DNA of 60,325 nucleotides, filler included. It is 3 parts of 3 records of this genome, joined end to end, with 100 filler letters (N's around TTAATTAATTAA, not from the genome) between each part and the next. Parts side by side here need not be neighbours in the genome. Positions count along the whole stretch, not along the records: positions 17,471 to 44,059 come from DRR378314_1554; 2 more parts are not named here. The stretch is one strand, 5' to 3'. Under the pieces are notes generated by a model. The model was not told the DNA's origin and ran no database searches. It saw nothing but the letters and a program-made list of their open reading frames with translations. Positions 24,441-33,490 of this stretch are shown piece after piece; position 1 is the first letter of the stretch; the number at the start of each line of letters is the position of its first letter. A program made the translations under genes and the position numbers.

Positions 24441-26231
24441 ATGACAGAGTCTTCCCCCCATACCACCAGCAGCTTTGCCGCCCTGGGCCGACTGCTGAAA
24501 TACGCTCGCGGCTACCGCCGCCAGATCATTGCCGCCACGACCTGTTCCATCATCAACAAGCTGTTCGACATTGCGCCGGAGATCCTGATCGGTATCGCCA
24601 TCGATGTGGTGGTGAACAAGGAAGAAAGCTTTGTGGCCAGCCTGGGCTTTGAGACCGCCCAGGAGCAGATCACCATCCTTGCGGTTCTAACCTTTTTCAT
24701 CTGGGCCGGCGAATCCATATTCGAGTACCTGTTCCAGATCCTCTGGCGCAACCTGGCCCAGCGCCTGCAGTCCGACCTGCGCCAAGACGCCTACGAGCAC
24801 GCGCAGAAACTGGACATGAGCTTCTTTGAGGCTCGCAGCTCCGGGCAGCTGGTCGCTACCATGAACGACGACGTCAACCAGCTGGAGCGTTTCCTGGATG
24901 GCGGCGCCAACGCCATGATTCAGGTGGTGGTGACGGTCGTTGCCGTGGGCGCTGTGTTTTTCGTGTTGTCACCGCTCATCGCGCTGCTGGCGTTTACTCC
25001 GATTCCGCTGATTATCTGGGGAGCGTTCTACTTCCAGCGTAAGGCTGGCCCGCTGTATGCCGACGTGCGTGAGAAAGTGGGGGACCTGTCCAGCCGGTTG
25101 GCCAACAACCTGGGTGGCATTGCCACCATCAAGAGCTTCACGGCCGAAAACCGGGAAGCCGAGCGGCTGAAAGCCAGCAGTGAAGCCTATGTGGACGCAA
25201 ACCGCCGGGCCATTCGCATCAGCTCCGCCTTTATTCCGGTCATCCGTATGGCCATCCTGGCGGGCTTTCTGGCCACCTTTACCGTGGGCGGCATGATGGC
25301 CCTGGAGGGCACGCTGAATGTGGGCGCCTATGGTGTTTTGGTGTTCCTGACCCAGCGCCTGCTGTGGCCTTTGACCGGCCTTGCGGAAGTGATCGACCTG
25401 TTTGAACGGGCCATGGCCAGTACCCGCCGCATCCTCGATCTGTTGGCAGAGCCGGTGCACGTTCGGGACGAGTCCGGCAAGTCGCTGGAGCAGCCGGTGA
25501 AAGGCGAAGTTACTTTCGACGGTGTGAGCTTCCACTACCCGTCCAGCGGTGCCGGTATCGATGATATTTCTGTGGCGGTACCGGCCGGAAACACCCTGGC
25601 GCTGGTCGGGGCGACCGGTTCCGGTAAATCCACACTGATCAAGCTGTTGCTGCGCTTCTATGATCCTACCGGCGGCCAGATCCGCATCGACGGCCAGCCC
25701 ATCCAGTCCGTCAGCCTGAAGTCCCTGCGGGAGGCCATCGGCCTGGTCAGCCAGGACGTGTACCTGTTCGAGGGCAGCATCCGCGAGAATCTTGCCTACG
25801 GCTCCCCCGGCGCCAGTGACGAACAGATTATCGAAGCCGCCAAGACGGCCGAGGCCTGGTCCTTCATTGAGGCGCTGCCCGAGGGGCTTGCCACCGCCGT
25901 GGGCGAACGCGGGGTGCGGCTTTCCGGTGGCCAGCGCCAGCGTCTGTCACTGGCCCGTGCACTGCTGAAAGACCCGCCCATCCTGGTGCTCGACGAAGCC
26001 ACCAGTGCCGTGGACAACGAGACCGAGGCGGCTATCCAGCGTTCACTCAAGCGGATCGGCCACAATCGCACGGTGATCATGATCGCGCATCGGCTGTCCA
26101 CCATAGTGGATGCGGATACCATTGCGGTGGTAGCCGGTGGGCGCATTCTGGAGTCCGGCCGCCATGAGGAACTGCTGGAGAATAACGGCCCCTATTCCGC
26201 ACAATGGCGCGTGCAGACCGGTCAGGCGTGA
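24441..26231 (+). CDS. ABC exporter, fused TMD-NBD (MsbA/MdlB-like)
   Basis: N-terminal TM domain, Walker A GATGSGKS, signature LSGGQRQR, Walker B LDEATSAVD and AHRLST. Confidence 0.93.
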   Translation: MTESSPHTTSSFAALGRLLKYARGYRRQIIAATTCSIINKLFDIAPEILIGIAIDVVVNKEESFVASLGFETAQEQITILAVLTFFIWAGESIFEYLFQILWRNLAQRLQSDLRQDAYEHAQKLDMSFFEARSSGQLVATMNDDVNQLERFLDGGANAMIQVVVTVVAVGAVFFVLSPLIALLAFTPIPLIIWGAFYFQRKAGPLYADVREKVGDLSSRLANNLGGIATIKSFTAENREAERLKASSEAYVDANRRAIRISSAFIPVIRMAILAGFLATFTVGGMMALEGTLNVGAYGVLVFLTQRLLWPLTGLAEVIDLFERAMASTRRILDLLAEPVHVRDESGKSLEQPVKGEVTFDGVSFHYPSSGAGIDDISVAVPAGNTLALVGATGSGKSTLIKLLLRFYDPTGGQIRIDGQPIQSVSLKSLREAIGLVSQDVYLFEGSIRENLAYGSPGASDEQIIEAAKTAEAWSFIEALPEGLATAVGERGVRLSGGQRQRLSLARALLKDPPILVLDEATSAVDNETEAAIQRSLKRIGHNRTVIMIAHRLSTIVDADTIAVVAGGRILESGRHEELLENNGPYSAQWRVQTGQA

Positions 26232-26247
26232 CAGCACGCCATACATT

Positions 26248-26266
26248 GATAGTAATTCGCATTTAG
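26248..26266. promoter_or_regulatory. Probable Fur box upstream of fhuCDB
   Basis: Reverse strand CTAAATGCGAATTACTATC matches 12/19 of GATAATGATAATCATTATC and lies directly upstream of siderophore uptake genes. Confidence 0.55.
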
Positions 26267-26302
26267 ATTATTCTGCAGGCCCTCAGAATTACGGGAGCCT
26301 GC

Positions 26303-27076
26303 ATGTCTGCGTTCTTTGAAGTATCCAGCCTGGGCGTGCACATTGGTGACGCTGCCATCCTTAACGACATCAACATTGCGTTTCGTGAAGGCGAGGTCAC
26401 TGCCCTGCTCGGTCATAATGGCTCCGGTAAATCCACGTTATTGAAAGTACTGGCCCGCCAGCTGTCCCCCTCGGCGGGCGATGCAAGCCTGCTGGGCAGC
26501 TCGTTCCGGACCACCGGTGCGCGGGAATTCGCCCGCACGGTCGGTTATCTGCCGCAACATCCGCCGGGCACAGACGGCCTGACCGTCCGTGAACTCGTCG
26601 CCCTGGGGCGCTATCCCTGGCGCGGGCCACTTGGTCGCTACAACAGCGAAGACCATCGGCTGATCGATCAGGCCATTCACGACACAGGGCTTGGCCACTT
26701 CCAGCACCGTTCCGTGGACACACTCTCCGGTGGCGAACGCCAGCGCGCCTGGATTGCCATGCTGCTGGCGCAACAGACTCGCTGCCTGCTGCTGGACGAG
26801 CCGATTTCCGCCCTGGATGTGAAGCATCAGGTGGAAACCCTCCGCCTGGTGCACCGCCTGGCCGAAGAACGGGAACTGACCGTGATTGTGGTGCTGCACG
26901 ATGTCGACCTGGCCGCCCGCTTCTGCGACCGGCTGGTGGCCCTCAAAGGCGGTCGGTTGATCGCAGACGGCAGCCCCCGCGACATCATGGACTCGGGAAC
27001 TCTGGAATCCATCTATGGCGTGCCAATGGGGGTGATGGAGCGGGCACCGGGCCAATGGGTCTCGTATGTACACTGA
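26303..27076 (+). CDS. fhuC: Ferric hydroxamate ABC transporter ATPase
   Basis: Motifs GHNGSGKST, LGRYPW, LSGGERQRAWIAMLLAQ and LLDEPISALD. Confidence 0.9.
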   Translation: MSAFFEVSSLGVHIGDAAILNDINIAFREGEVTALLGHNGSGKSTLLKVLARQLSPSAGDASLLGSSFRTTGAREFARTVGYLPQHPPGTDGLTVRELVALGRYPWRGPLGRYNSEDHRLIDQAIHDTGLGHFQHRSVDTLSGGERQRAWIAMLLAQQTRCLLLDEPISALDVKHQVETLRLVHRLAEERELTVIVVLHDVDLAARFCDRLVALKGGRLIADGSPRDIMDSGTLESIYGVPMGVMERAPGQWVSYVH

Positions 27077-27998
27077 GCGTGTCTCCGGAACCCTGATGGC
27101 ATTGATACTCTTTGTTGCCCTGTCTCTGCCCGCCAGCGCCGGCACCTGGCAACATGAGGCCGGCACCCTCACCCTGGATGAGCAACCCGAGCGGGTTGTC
27201 GCGCTGAACTGGGCTGCCACAGAGGCGTTGCTATTGCTGGGCGTAACGCCCGTGGGCGTTGCTGACCGGGATGGCTACGACGTGTGGGTGAACGAACCGG
27301 AGCTTCCCGAGCACGTTCCCAACATCGGTACCCGCGTCGCGCCTAGCCTGGAAGCCATCGCAGAACTGAAACCGGACCTGATCGTTACCAGCGCGGAAAT
27401 GGCACCCGCCGCAAAGCTGCTCGAACAGATCGCCCCCACGTACGTCATCAGTGTGTACAAAGAAGGCAGCCAACCCTTCGAAAAAGCCAGTGACATGCTG
27501 ACCACTCTCGGCGAGATGCTGGGGCGTGAGGCCCGCGCCGAATCGATTCTGGCGGACATTAACGCCACCCTGGAAACGCAGCGCCGCCGGCTGGAAGCGG
27601 CGGAACTGACAGACCGGCCCGTTGCACTGGTCAATTTCATGGATGCCCGTCACGTGCGGATATACGCCCCCAACGGTCTTTACCAGAGTGCCCTGAACGC
27701 CCTTGGCCTGGAAAACGCCTGGCCCCGTCAAGGCAACTTCTGGGGCTTCTCGGTGGTGGGCCTGGAGTCCATTGCCCCCTATCAGGACAGCCGCATCGTG
27801 GTGATTGCGCCCACCGCCCCCGGGCTTTCAGACACCCTGGCCCACAGTCCGTTCTGGACGTACCTGCCGGCAGTTAACCGCAACCAGGTCTACGAGATCG
27901 GCGCCATCTGGCCGTTTGGCGGTGTTTATCCTGTGAAACGGCTGGCCACCATGCTGACAGACAGCCTGCTGGCCGGGGGCTCCGACAATGTACGCTAG
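27066..27998 (+). CDS. fhuD: Ferric hydroxamate periplasmic binding protein
   Basis: Signal peptide, then PERVVALNW, LGVTPVGVAD, PSLEAIAELKPDLI and NFWGF. Confidence 0.88.
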   Translation: MYTERVSGTLMALILFVALSLPASAGTWQHEAGTLTLDEQPERVVALNWAATEALLLLGVTPVGVADRDGYDVWVNEPELPEHVPNIGTRVAPSLEAIAELKPDLIVTSAEMAPAAKLLEQIAPTYVISVYKEGSQPFEKASDMLTTLGEMLGREARAESILADINATLETQRRRLEAAELTDRPVALVNFMDARHVRIYAPNGLYQSALNALGLENAWPRQGNFWGFSVVGLESIAPYQDSRIVVIAPTAPGLSDTLAHSPFWTYLPAVNRNQVYEIGAIWPFGGVYPVKRLATMLTDSLLAGGSDNVR

Positions 27999-30018
27999 CG
28001 CCTCCGGCATGCCTGCTTCCCGCCCGGTTGTGGCCGCCAGGCTGCCCATTGCAGCCATTCTGCTCTGGCTGGGCGCCTTGCTTGCCAGCGCGGCTCCCTG
28101 GCTCAACCAACTGGATGCCTGGGCCGTCTTGTCATCGTTCTGGGCCTTTAATCCGGACAATTATTCATCAGTTCTGGCTCATTTCAGTTGGGCGCCGCGA
28201 GTATCCATCGCCATTCTGATCGGCTGCGGCCTGGGCCTGGCCGGGGCCGTCACCCAACAGGTGCTGGGGAATCCACTGGCATCGCCTACCACACTCGGTG
28301 TGGAAGCGGGTGGCCAATTCGGGGTGACCGTCGCCACACTGTTCGCACCCGGACTGCTGGCCTTTAGCCCGGATCTGGTCGCCATTGCGGGCGGCCTGAT
28401 CGCGATCGGCATGGTCATCGCCCTGACCTGGCGACTGGGCTTCTCACCCGTGACGGTGATTCTTGCCGGCCTTGTCATCACCTTCTTTCTCGGTGCTCTT
28501 AACATGGCATTTTTGCTGCTCAAAGGTGAGTGGCTGGGCAATCTCTTCATCTGGGGCGCCGGCTCTCTGGTACAGAACAACTGGGGGCCGTTCATGGAGC
28601 TCTGGCCTCGCGTACTGGTCATCTCGGTGCTGATATTGCTGCTGATGCGACCATTGCAGGTGCTGCAACTGGGGCAGTCGTCTGCCAGTTCGCTGGGTGC
28701 CAGGGTCGGGCTTATTCGGGCTCTGGCGCTGTTCCTGGTGGTACTGATGACGGCAACGGTTGTCAGCCGGGTTGGTGTGGTGGCCTTTGTGGGACTGGCT
28801 GCGCCGGTACTGGCACGCCTGCTGGGCGCACGTACATTGGCCAGTCGCATTCTGTGGAGCACGCTCATGGGCGGCGGGCTATTACTTCTTGCGGACACCC
28901 TGGCGCATTGGGCGTCTACCTGGGGCGACGGCTCCCTGGTGCCCACGGGAACCACCACGGCTCTGATTGGTGGCCCGATTATCCTGCTGGCGTTGCAGGG
29001 TTTCAGAAATACCCATCACATGCCCGGACAGGAATCCAACCCGGCAGGCTTCCAGCCCAGGCGGCGCGCGCCTTTGCTGGTCAGCGGTATCGTGACCGGG
29101 CTGATCGCGATCACCGTGGCCGTTTCCATGGGCTGGTCCCCGGGCCTGGATGGCTGGAACTGGACGCCCGCCACTCAATGGGGCGACGCCTGGGTATGGC
29201 GTGGCCCGCGCCTGTTGGCCGCGATGCTGGCCGGGGTCGCATTGGGCCTCGCCGGCACGCTGATTCAGCGAATGACGGGCAATCCGATGGGCAGCCCGGA
29301 AATGCTGGGCATCAGTGGTGGTGCTGCCCTGGCCATGGTGCTGATCGTGCTCACTGGCGCAGACGTGGGGCGGGCTGGACAGCTTGGTGCTGCGACACTC
29401 GGCGCTGCCGGCGCGCTTGGGTTGCTAATTCTACTGGCCCGCAAACATCGTTTCGCCGGCAACCAGCTGCTACTCGGCGGCCTGGCCCTGTATGTCTTCA
29501 TGGATGCAGGGCTGAGGTTGGTCATGGCCTCCGGTGGGACCGTCGCGTCGCAACTGCTGAACTGGATGTACGGTTCCACCTGGCTGGTTTCCGAAACCGA
29601 GGCGTTTGGGCTGCTGGGATTCATCCTCCTCATCTGCGGCCTGCTGGTGCTGATCGTGCGCCCCCTGACGCTGCTGCCTCTGGGAGATACGTCGGCATCG
29701 TCCCTCGGGCTTCCGGTCACCAAAGCTCGCCTGCTGTTGCTGCTGCTTGCGGCGGTTCTAACGGCGTCGGCAACCGTAGTGATTGGCCCTCTGAGTTTCG
29801 TGGGGCTCATCGCACCGCACTTGGCCAGGGTACTGGGGCAGCAAACCGTTGGCAGGCAATTGATTGTGGCCGCGTTGGTGGGCGGGCTTCTGTTGGCCCT
29901 GGCAGACTATCTGGCGCGCGTTGTCGTCTTCCCCAACCAGTTGCCAGCAGGCTTGCTGGCTGCGCTGGTCGGCGGCGTCTATTTCTTGTGGGGACTAAGC
30001 CGGCACGGCAAAGCGTGA
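27988..30018 (+). CDS. fhuB: Ferric hydroxamate ABC permease (double FecCD domain)
   Basis: Two FecCD repeats (NPLASPTTLG and NPMGSPEMLG), FVGLAAP/FVGLIAPH, 676 aa, very hydrophobic. Confidence 0.92.
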   Translation: MYASASGMPASRPVVAARLPIAAILLWLGALLASAAPWLNQLDAWAVLSSFWAFNPDNYSSVLAHFSWAPRVSIAILIGCGLGLAGAVTQQVLGNPLASPTTLGVEAGGQFGVTVATLFAPGLLAFSPDLVAIAGGLIAIGMVIALTWRLGFSPVTVILAGLVITFFLGALNMAFLLLKGEWLGNLFIWGAGSLVQNNWGPFMELWPRVLVISVLILLLMRPLQVLQLGQSSASSLGARVGLIRALALFLVVLMTATVVSRVGVVAFVGLAAPVLARLLGARTLASRILWSTLMGGGLLLLADTLAHWASTWGDGSLVPTGTTTALIGGPIILLALQGFRNTHHMPGQESNPAGFQPRRRAPLLVSGIVTGLIAITVAVSMGWSPGLDGWNWTPATQWGDAWVWRGPRLLAAMLAGVALGLAGTLIQRMTGNPMGSPEMLGISGGAALAMVLIVLTGADVGRAGQLGAATLGAAGALGLLILLARKHRFAGNQLLLGGLALYVFMDAGLRLVMASGGTVASQLLNWMYGSTWLVSETEAFGLLGFILLICGLLVLIVRPLTLLPLGDTSASSLGLPVTKARLLLLLLAAVLTASATVVIGPLSFVGLIAPHLARVLGQQTVGRQLIVAALVGGLLLALADYLARVVVFPNQLPAGLLAALVGGVYFLWGLSRHGKA

Positions 30019-30032
30019 CGGCAGGGCTGTCG

Positions 30033-30128
30033 TCACCAAAGCACCAGGAGGCTGGCCACGACCAGAATAAACACACCGGCGCCGGCGGCCAGTTTCAATC
30101 CTTCAATCGCTTCCTCTTCCGGTGTCAT
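30033..30128 (-). CDS. 31-aa small membrane protein MTPEEEAIEGLKLAAGAGVFILVVASLLVLW
   Basis: AGGAGG RBS at 30140-30135, ATG at 30128, TGA at 30035-30033, one TM helix, dedicated promoter upstream. Below the size cut-off of the ORF track. Confidence 0.75.
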   Translation of the reverse strand: MTPEEEAIEGLKLAAGAGVFILVVASLLVLW

Positions 30129-30180
30129 TGCTCGCCTCCTTGGTTGCTGTCACCTGAAATGATCGTGTGGACACGTTGCT

Positions 30181-30223
30181 AATCTACATCAAACCACTCT
30201 AAATGTTAATGTTTCTCATTAAC
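30181..30223 (-). promoter_or_regulatory. Sigma70 promoter (TTAACA-17-TAGATT) overlapped by a Fur box
   Basis: -35 at 30209-30204 and -10 at 30186-30181. Box GTTAATGAGAAACATTAAC (30223-30205) matches 15/19 of the Fur consensus, within the palindrome AAATGTTAAT-N7-ATTAACATTT. Confidence 0.8.
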
Positions 30224-30333
30224 ATTTTTGTAATCGAACATTTTGAAACCGCTCGACGTTCCGTTCGTATCCGATGCTAGACTTGCCCGATCATCAAAGC
30301 TTCGGCCGCAACCCAGCTGGGAGAGACTGTTTT

Positions 30334-31461
30334 ATGAACCGAATCGGCAGATTGACCACACTACTGACGTTCGCCGGCATGGCAGTCACCGGCCTTGCCT
30401 CGGCGCAGACGTTCAGCTCCGACAAGGCGGATTTTCGCCTGGAAACCGTTGTCGAAGGGCTGGAACACCCCTGGAGCCTCGCCTTCCTGACGGACGGCTC
30501 GCAACTGGTCACCGAGCGGGAAGGCCGCCTGCGCCGTATTGAAAACGGGTCCTTGCAGGATCGCCCCATTGCGGGCCTACCCGAACTGGTGGTCTCCGGC
30601 CAGGGCGGTCTGCTTGACGTGATCCTGCACCCGGACTTTGAGAACAACCGCATCCTGTTCCTCAGTTACGCCCACAAGATCAGCCGCGAGGGACTGACCA
30701 CGCGTGTCGCCAGGGCAACCCTGGACGGCAACCGCCTGTCGGACGTCGACGTGATTTTCGAAGCCCTCCCAAGAAGCAACACCAGCCGCCATTTCGCCGG
30801 CCGCATGGAGTTTGATCGCGAAGGCAATCTCTACGTCGCTGTGGGTGACCGGGGTGAAATGGATCGCGCGCAGGCGACTGACGACGATGCTGGCGGGGTT
30901 CACCGCCTGACGGTCAACGGGGAACCTGCCCCGGGCAATCCGTTTCTCGACAACCCGTCCGTCAATGACACCTTCTTTACCTATGGAAACCGCAACATTC
31001 AGGGTATGACCATCCACCCGAAAACGGGCGAGATATGGAGCCATGAACACGGCCCCAGGGGTGGCGATGAAGTCAATATCCTCCAGGCCGGCAACAATTA
31101 CGGCTGGCCGGACGTGACCTACGGCATCGATTACTCCGGTGTGCCGATTACCAGCAAGACCACCATGGCGGGTGTCACCGACCCGCTGCACTACTGGGAT
31201 CCGTCCATTGCCCCCTCGGGTATGGCGTTCTACACCGGTGACACGTTTCCGGACTGGCAGGGCGACCTGTTCGTAGGCGCGCTGAAAATGCAGAAACTCG
31301 TGCGTCTGAGGTTTGAAAACGGGACCGTGACGGAAGAAGAGGACCTGCTGGAAGATCTGGGTGAACGCATCCGCGATGTAAGAATGGGGCCCGACGGCGT
31401 GCTATGGCTGCTGACGGACGCCGACAACGGCAAGGTGTATCGGGTGGTACCCGTTGAATAG
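30334..31461 (+). CDS. PQQ-dependent soluble aldose sugar dehydrogenase (YliI/GSDH family)
   Basis: Signal peptide, then GLEHPWSLAFL, GQGGLLDV, YGNRNIQG, EHGPRGGDEVN, GNNYGWP and RIRDV. Confidence 0.92.
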   Translation: MNRIGRLTTLLTFAGMAVTGLASAQTFSSDKADFRLETVVEGLEHPWSLAFLTDGSQLVTEREGRLRRIENGSLQDRPIAGLPELVVSGQGGLLDVILHPDFENNRILFLSYAHKISREGLTTRVARATLDGNRLSDVDVIFEALPRSNTSRHFAGRMEFDREGNLYVAVGDRGEMDRAQATDDDAGGVHRLTVNGEPAPGNPFLDNPSVNDTFFTYGNRNIQGMTIHPKTGEIWSHEHGPRGGDEVNILQAGNNYGWPDVTYGIDYSGVPITSKTTMAGVTDPLHYWDPSIAPSGMAFYTGDTFPDWQGDLFVGALKMQKLVRLRFENGTVTEEEDLLEDLGERIRDVRMGPDGVLWLLTDADNGKVYRVVPVE

Positions 31462-31488
31462 TGCCGACAAGCGAGGTACACAAGAGCC

Positions 31489-31902
31489 TCAGTGAGGATC
31501 GTTGGTTCTCTCGGTTTTATCAAACTGCGGGGTATCGTCGGTGATGGTGAACCAGTCCGACTTTGACCCCACGTAAACGTGTGAGGCCGGGCCCTTTTCA
31601 AGGGGCTCATTGATCAGGCCGACGCGCAGGCGCAGAATACCGGGAATAGCATCCACTCGGCTGTAGAGCTGGCTGCCGCACCTTGGACAGAATCCACGAT
31701 ATTTCCCCGGCCGGGATTCGTATTCACGGATCAGGGCCTCACCCGCTGTGAAACGGATGCGAATGTTCTGAACCGGCGCACTGGCGGAAAACGCGCTGCC
31801 GTGAGCACGACGACACTGACTGCAGTGGCACAGGGCAATCGGTCCCAGTGGGCCGTGGTACTCCAGTTTAATATCGCCACACAGGCATTGCCCTGTCAGC
31901 AT
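31489..31902 (-). CDS. GFA/CENP-V family zinc protein
   Basis: Motifs GQCLCG, CHCSQCRR and FCPRCGSQL. Confidence 0.92.
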   Translation of the reverse strand: MLTGQCLCGDIKLEYHGPLGPIALCHCSQCRRAHGSAFSASAPVQNIRIRFTAGEALIREYESRPGKYRGFCPRCGSQLYSRVDAIPGILRLRVGLINEPLEKGPASHVYVGSKSDWFTITDDTPQFDKTERTNDPH

Positions 31903-32025
31903 AACGTGACCTCAACCATAGTTTCGCTTGTGGGTTCCGAAGGCCGGTATGATAACCACCCGCCACTTGAAGAACCAGCCGGCGGGCACCACATATAAGT
32001 CACAGCGTTCGCAAAGGAGGACACT

Positions 32026-32838
32026 ATGGCATTCAGCACACTTCCGAACATCGGTATGGGCACATTCCGCCTGAAGGGCAATGACGCGCGAGACGCCGTC
32101 AAGAGCGCCCTTTCCCTTGGCTACCGGCATATCGATACCGCCCAGATGTACGGGAATGAGGCTGAAGTGGGCGATGGCATTACCTCAAGCGGTATTCCGC
32201 GACGTGAGATTTTCCTGACCACCAAGGTCTGGCACGACCAGCTCCAACGCAGCGATCTGATCAACAGCCTGCACGACAGCCTGTCGCGCCTGAAGACCGA
32301 CCATGTCGATCTCACACTGATCCACTGGCCATCGCCGGGCGATGCCATCCCCATGGAGGAGTACCTGGGTGCCCTGCGGGATGCCCAGCGGGAGGGACTG
32401 ACCACTCACATCGGGCTGTCCAATTTCACCTGTGACCAAATGGACCGGGCCAAGGAGATACTGGGAGACACACCGATTTTCACCAATCAGGTGGAAGTGC
32501 ATCCGTTCCTGGCGAACCGCAAGGTGGTAGAGCATGCCCGCGCGCTGGGCATTACCGTAACCGGTTACATGCCACTGGCCGTGGGCAAGGTAATGGACGA
32601 TGAAACTCTGGCCCGTATCGGCGCCGAGCACAACGCCTCTGCAGCACAGGTTGCCATCGCCTGGGTAGCATCGCGCGGTGTGGTACCGATTCCATCGTCA
32701 ACCCGACCCACGCACCAGAAGTCCAACCTGGACGCACTGAACCTGACGCTCAGCAAGGAAGAGATTGCCGAGATTGATGGCCTCGATCGTGGCGAGCGAA
32801 TCGCTAATCCGGACTTCGCCCCCACCTGGGACTGGTAA
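32026..32838 (+). CDS. dkgB: Aldo/keto reductase, DkgB-like
   Basis: Motifs GMGTFRL, GYRHIDTAQMYGNE, LIHWPSP, TNQVEVHPFL and IPSST. Confidence 0.85.
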   Translation: MAFSTLPNIGMGTFRLKGNDARDAVKSALSLGYRHIDTAQMYGNEAEVGDGITSSGIPRREIFLTTKVWHDQLQRSDLINSLHDSLSRLKTDHVDLTLIHWPSPGDAIPMEEYLGALRDAQREGLTTHIGLSNFTCDQMDRAKEILGDTPIFTNQVEVHPFLANRKVVEHARALGITVTGYMPLAVGKVMDDETLARIGAEHNASAAQVAIAWVASRGVVPIPSSTRPTHQKSNLDALNLTLSKEEIAEIDGLDRGERIANPDFAPTWDW

Positions 32839-33490
32839 CGCAGGCCATCACTGCCAATACCAGCGTGACACCCGGAATGATCGACAGCACGCGAGTGCCC
32901 AATGTCCAAAGGGTGGTCACGCTGAACAACGCCCACAGCAGCGGCAGGAGCAGAAACAGCCACCGCACCCGACGAGGGAACAGCAGCATGCAGGGCACGG
33001 CCCCCAACGCCGTCACGTCCGGCGTCATGGCGAACAGAGCCGCGGCCCGCTCATCTCCCGTTTGTGCGACCGCCAAGAGCGGTGCCAGTCCCATCAACGC
33101 GATCCAGCCAACTCCCATCGACCAACGCAACCATGCCGTCCGGCGGCTGCCCTCATCCCAGGGCCAGAGCAGTGCCGCCACCGTCAGCAATGCGCCCTGC
33201 AGGACAAAGGCCCAGCCGAACCAGACCGCCGGCAGATTGATCGGGCCGTAGTAATGCACCAGGAAACCGGCACCGCTCCAAAGCCAGGCCGCGGCTAACA
33301 GCAGCAATACACAACGCCTCGCCATTGTGTCCCCGCGCACCAGCAAGGCGCCGATGGCAATCACCATCATCACCGCAACCCCCTGCCATGGCCACACGTC
33401 CTGATTGATGCGAACAAAGAGCCTGAGGAACACCTCAGGACCGAACATCAGGAAATCCGACAGGGAATAGCTGAGCCAGTTCGCACCCAT
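32804..33490 (-). CDS. DUF6064-like integral membrane protein
   Basis: WLSYSLSDFLMFGPEVFLRLF, WPWQ, several TM helices, PDVTA. Start overlaps the stop of the upstream AKR. Confidence 0.7.
   Translation of the reverse strand: MGANWLSYSLSDFLMFGPEVFLRLFVRINQDVWPWQGVAVMMVIAIGALLVRGDTMARRCVLLLLAAAWLWSGAGFLVHYYGPINLPAVWFGWAFVLQGALLTVAALLWPWDEGSRRTAWLRWSMGVGWIALMGLAPLLAVAQTGDERAAALFAMTPDVTALGAVPCMLLFPRRVRWLFLLLPLLWALFSVTTLWTLGTRVLSIIPGVTLVLAVMACVTSPRWGRSPD

Noticed and set aside
23226-24461. Long overlapping ORFs in the bacterial contigs (this one, also 28530-30182, 41875-42981 and 46986-48188)
   Set aside because: These are shadow frames of high-GC genes whose real frames carry clear family motifs.
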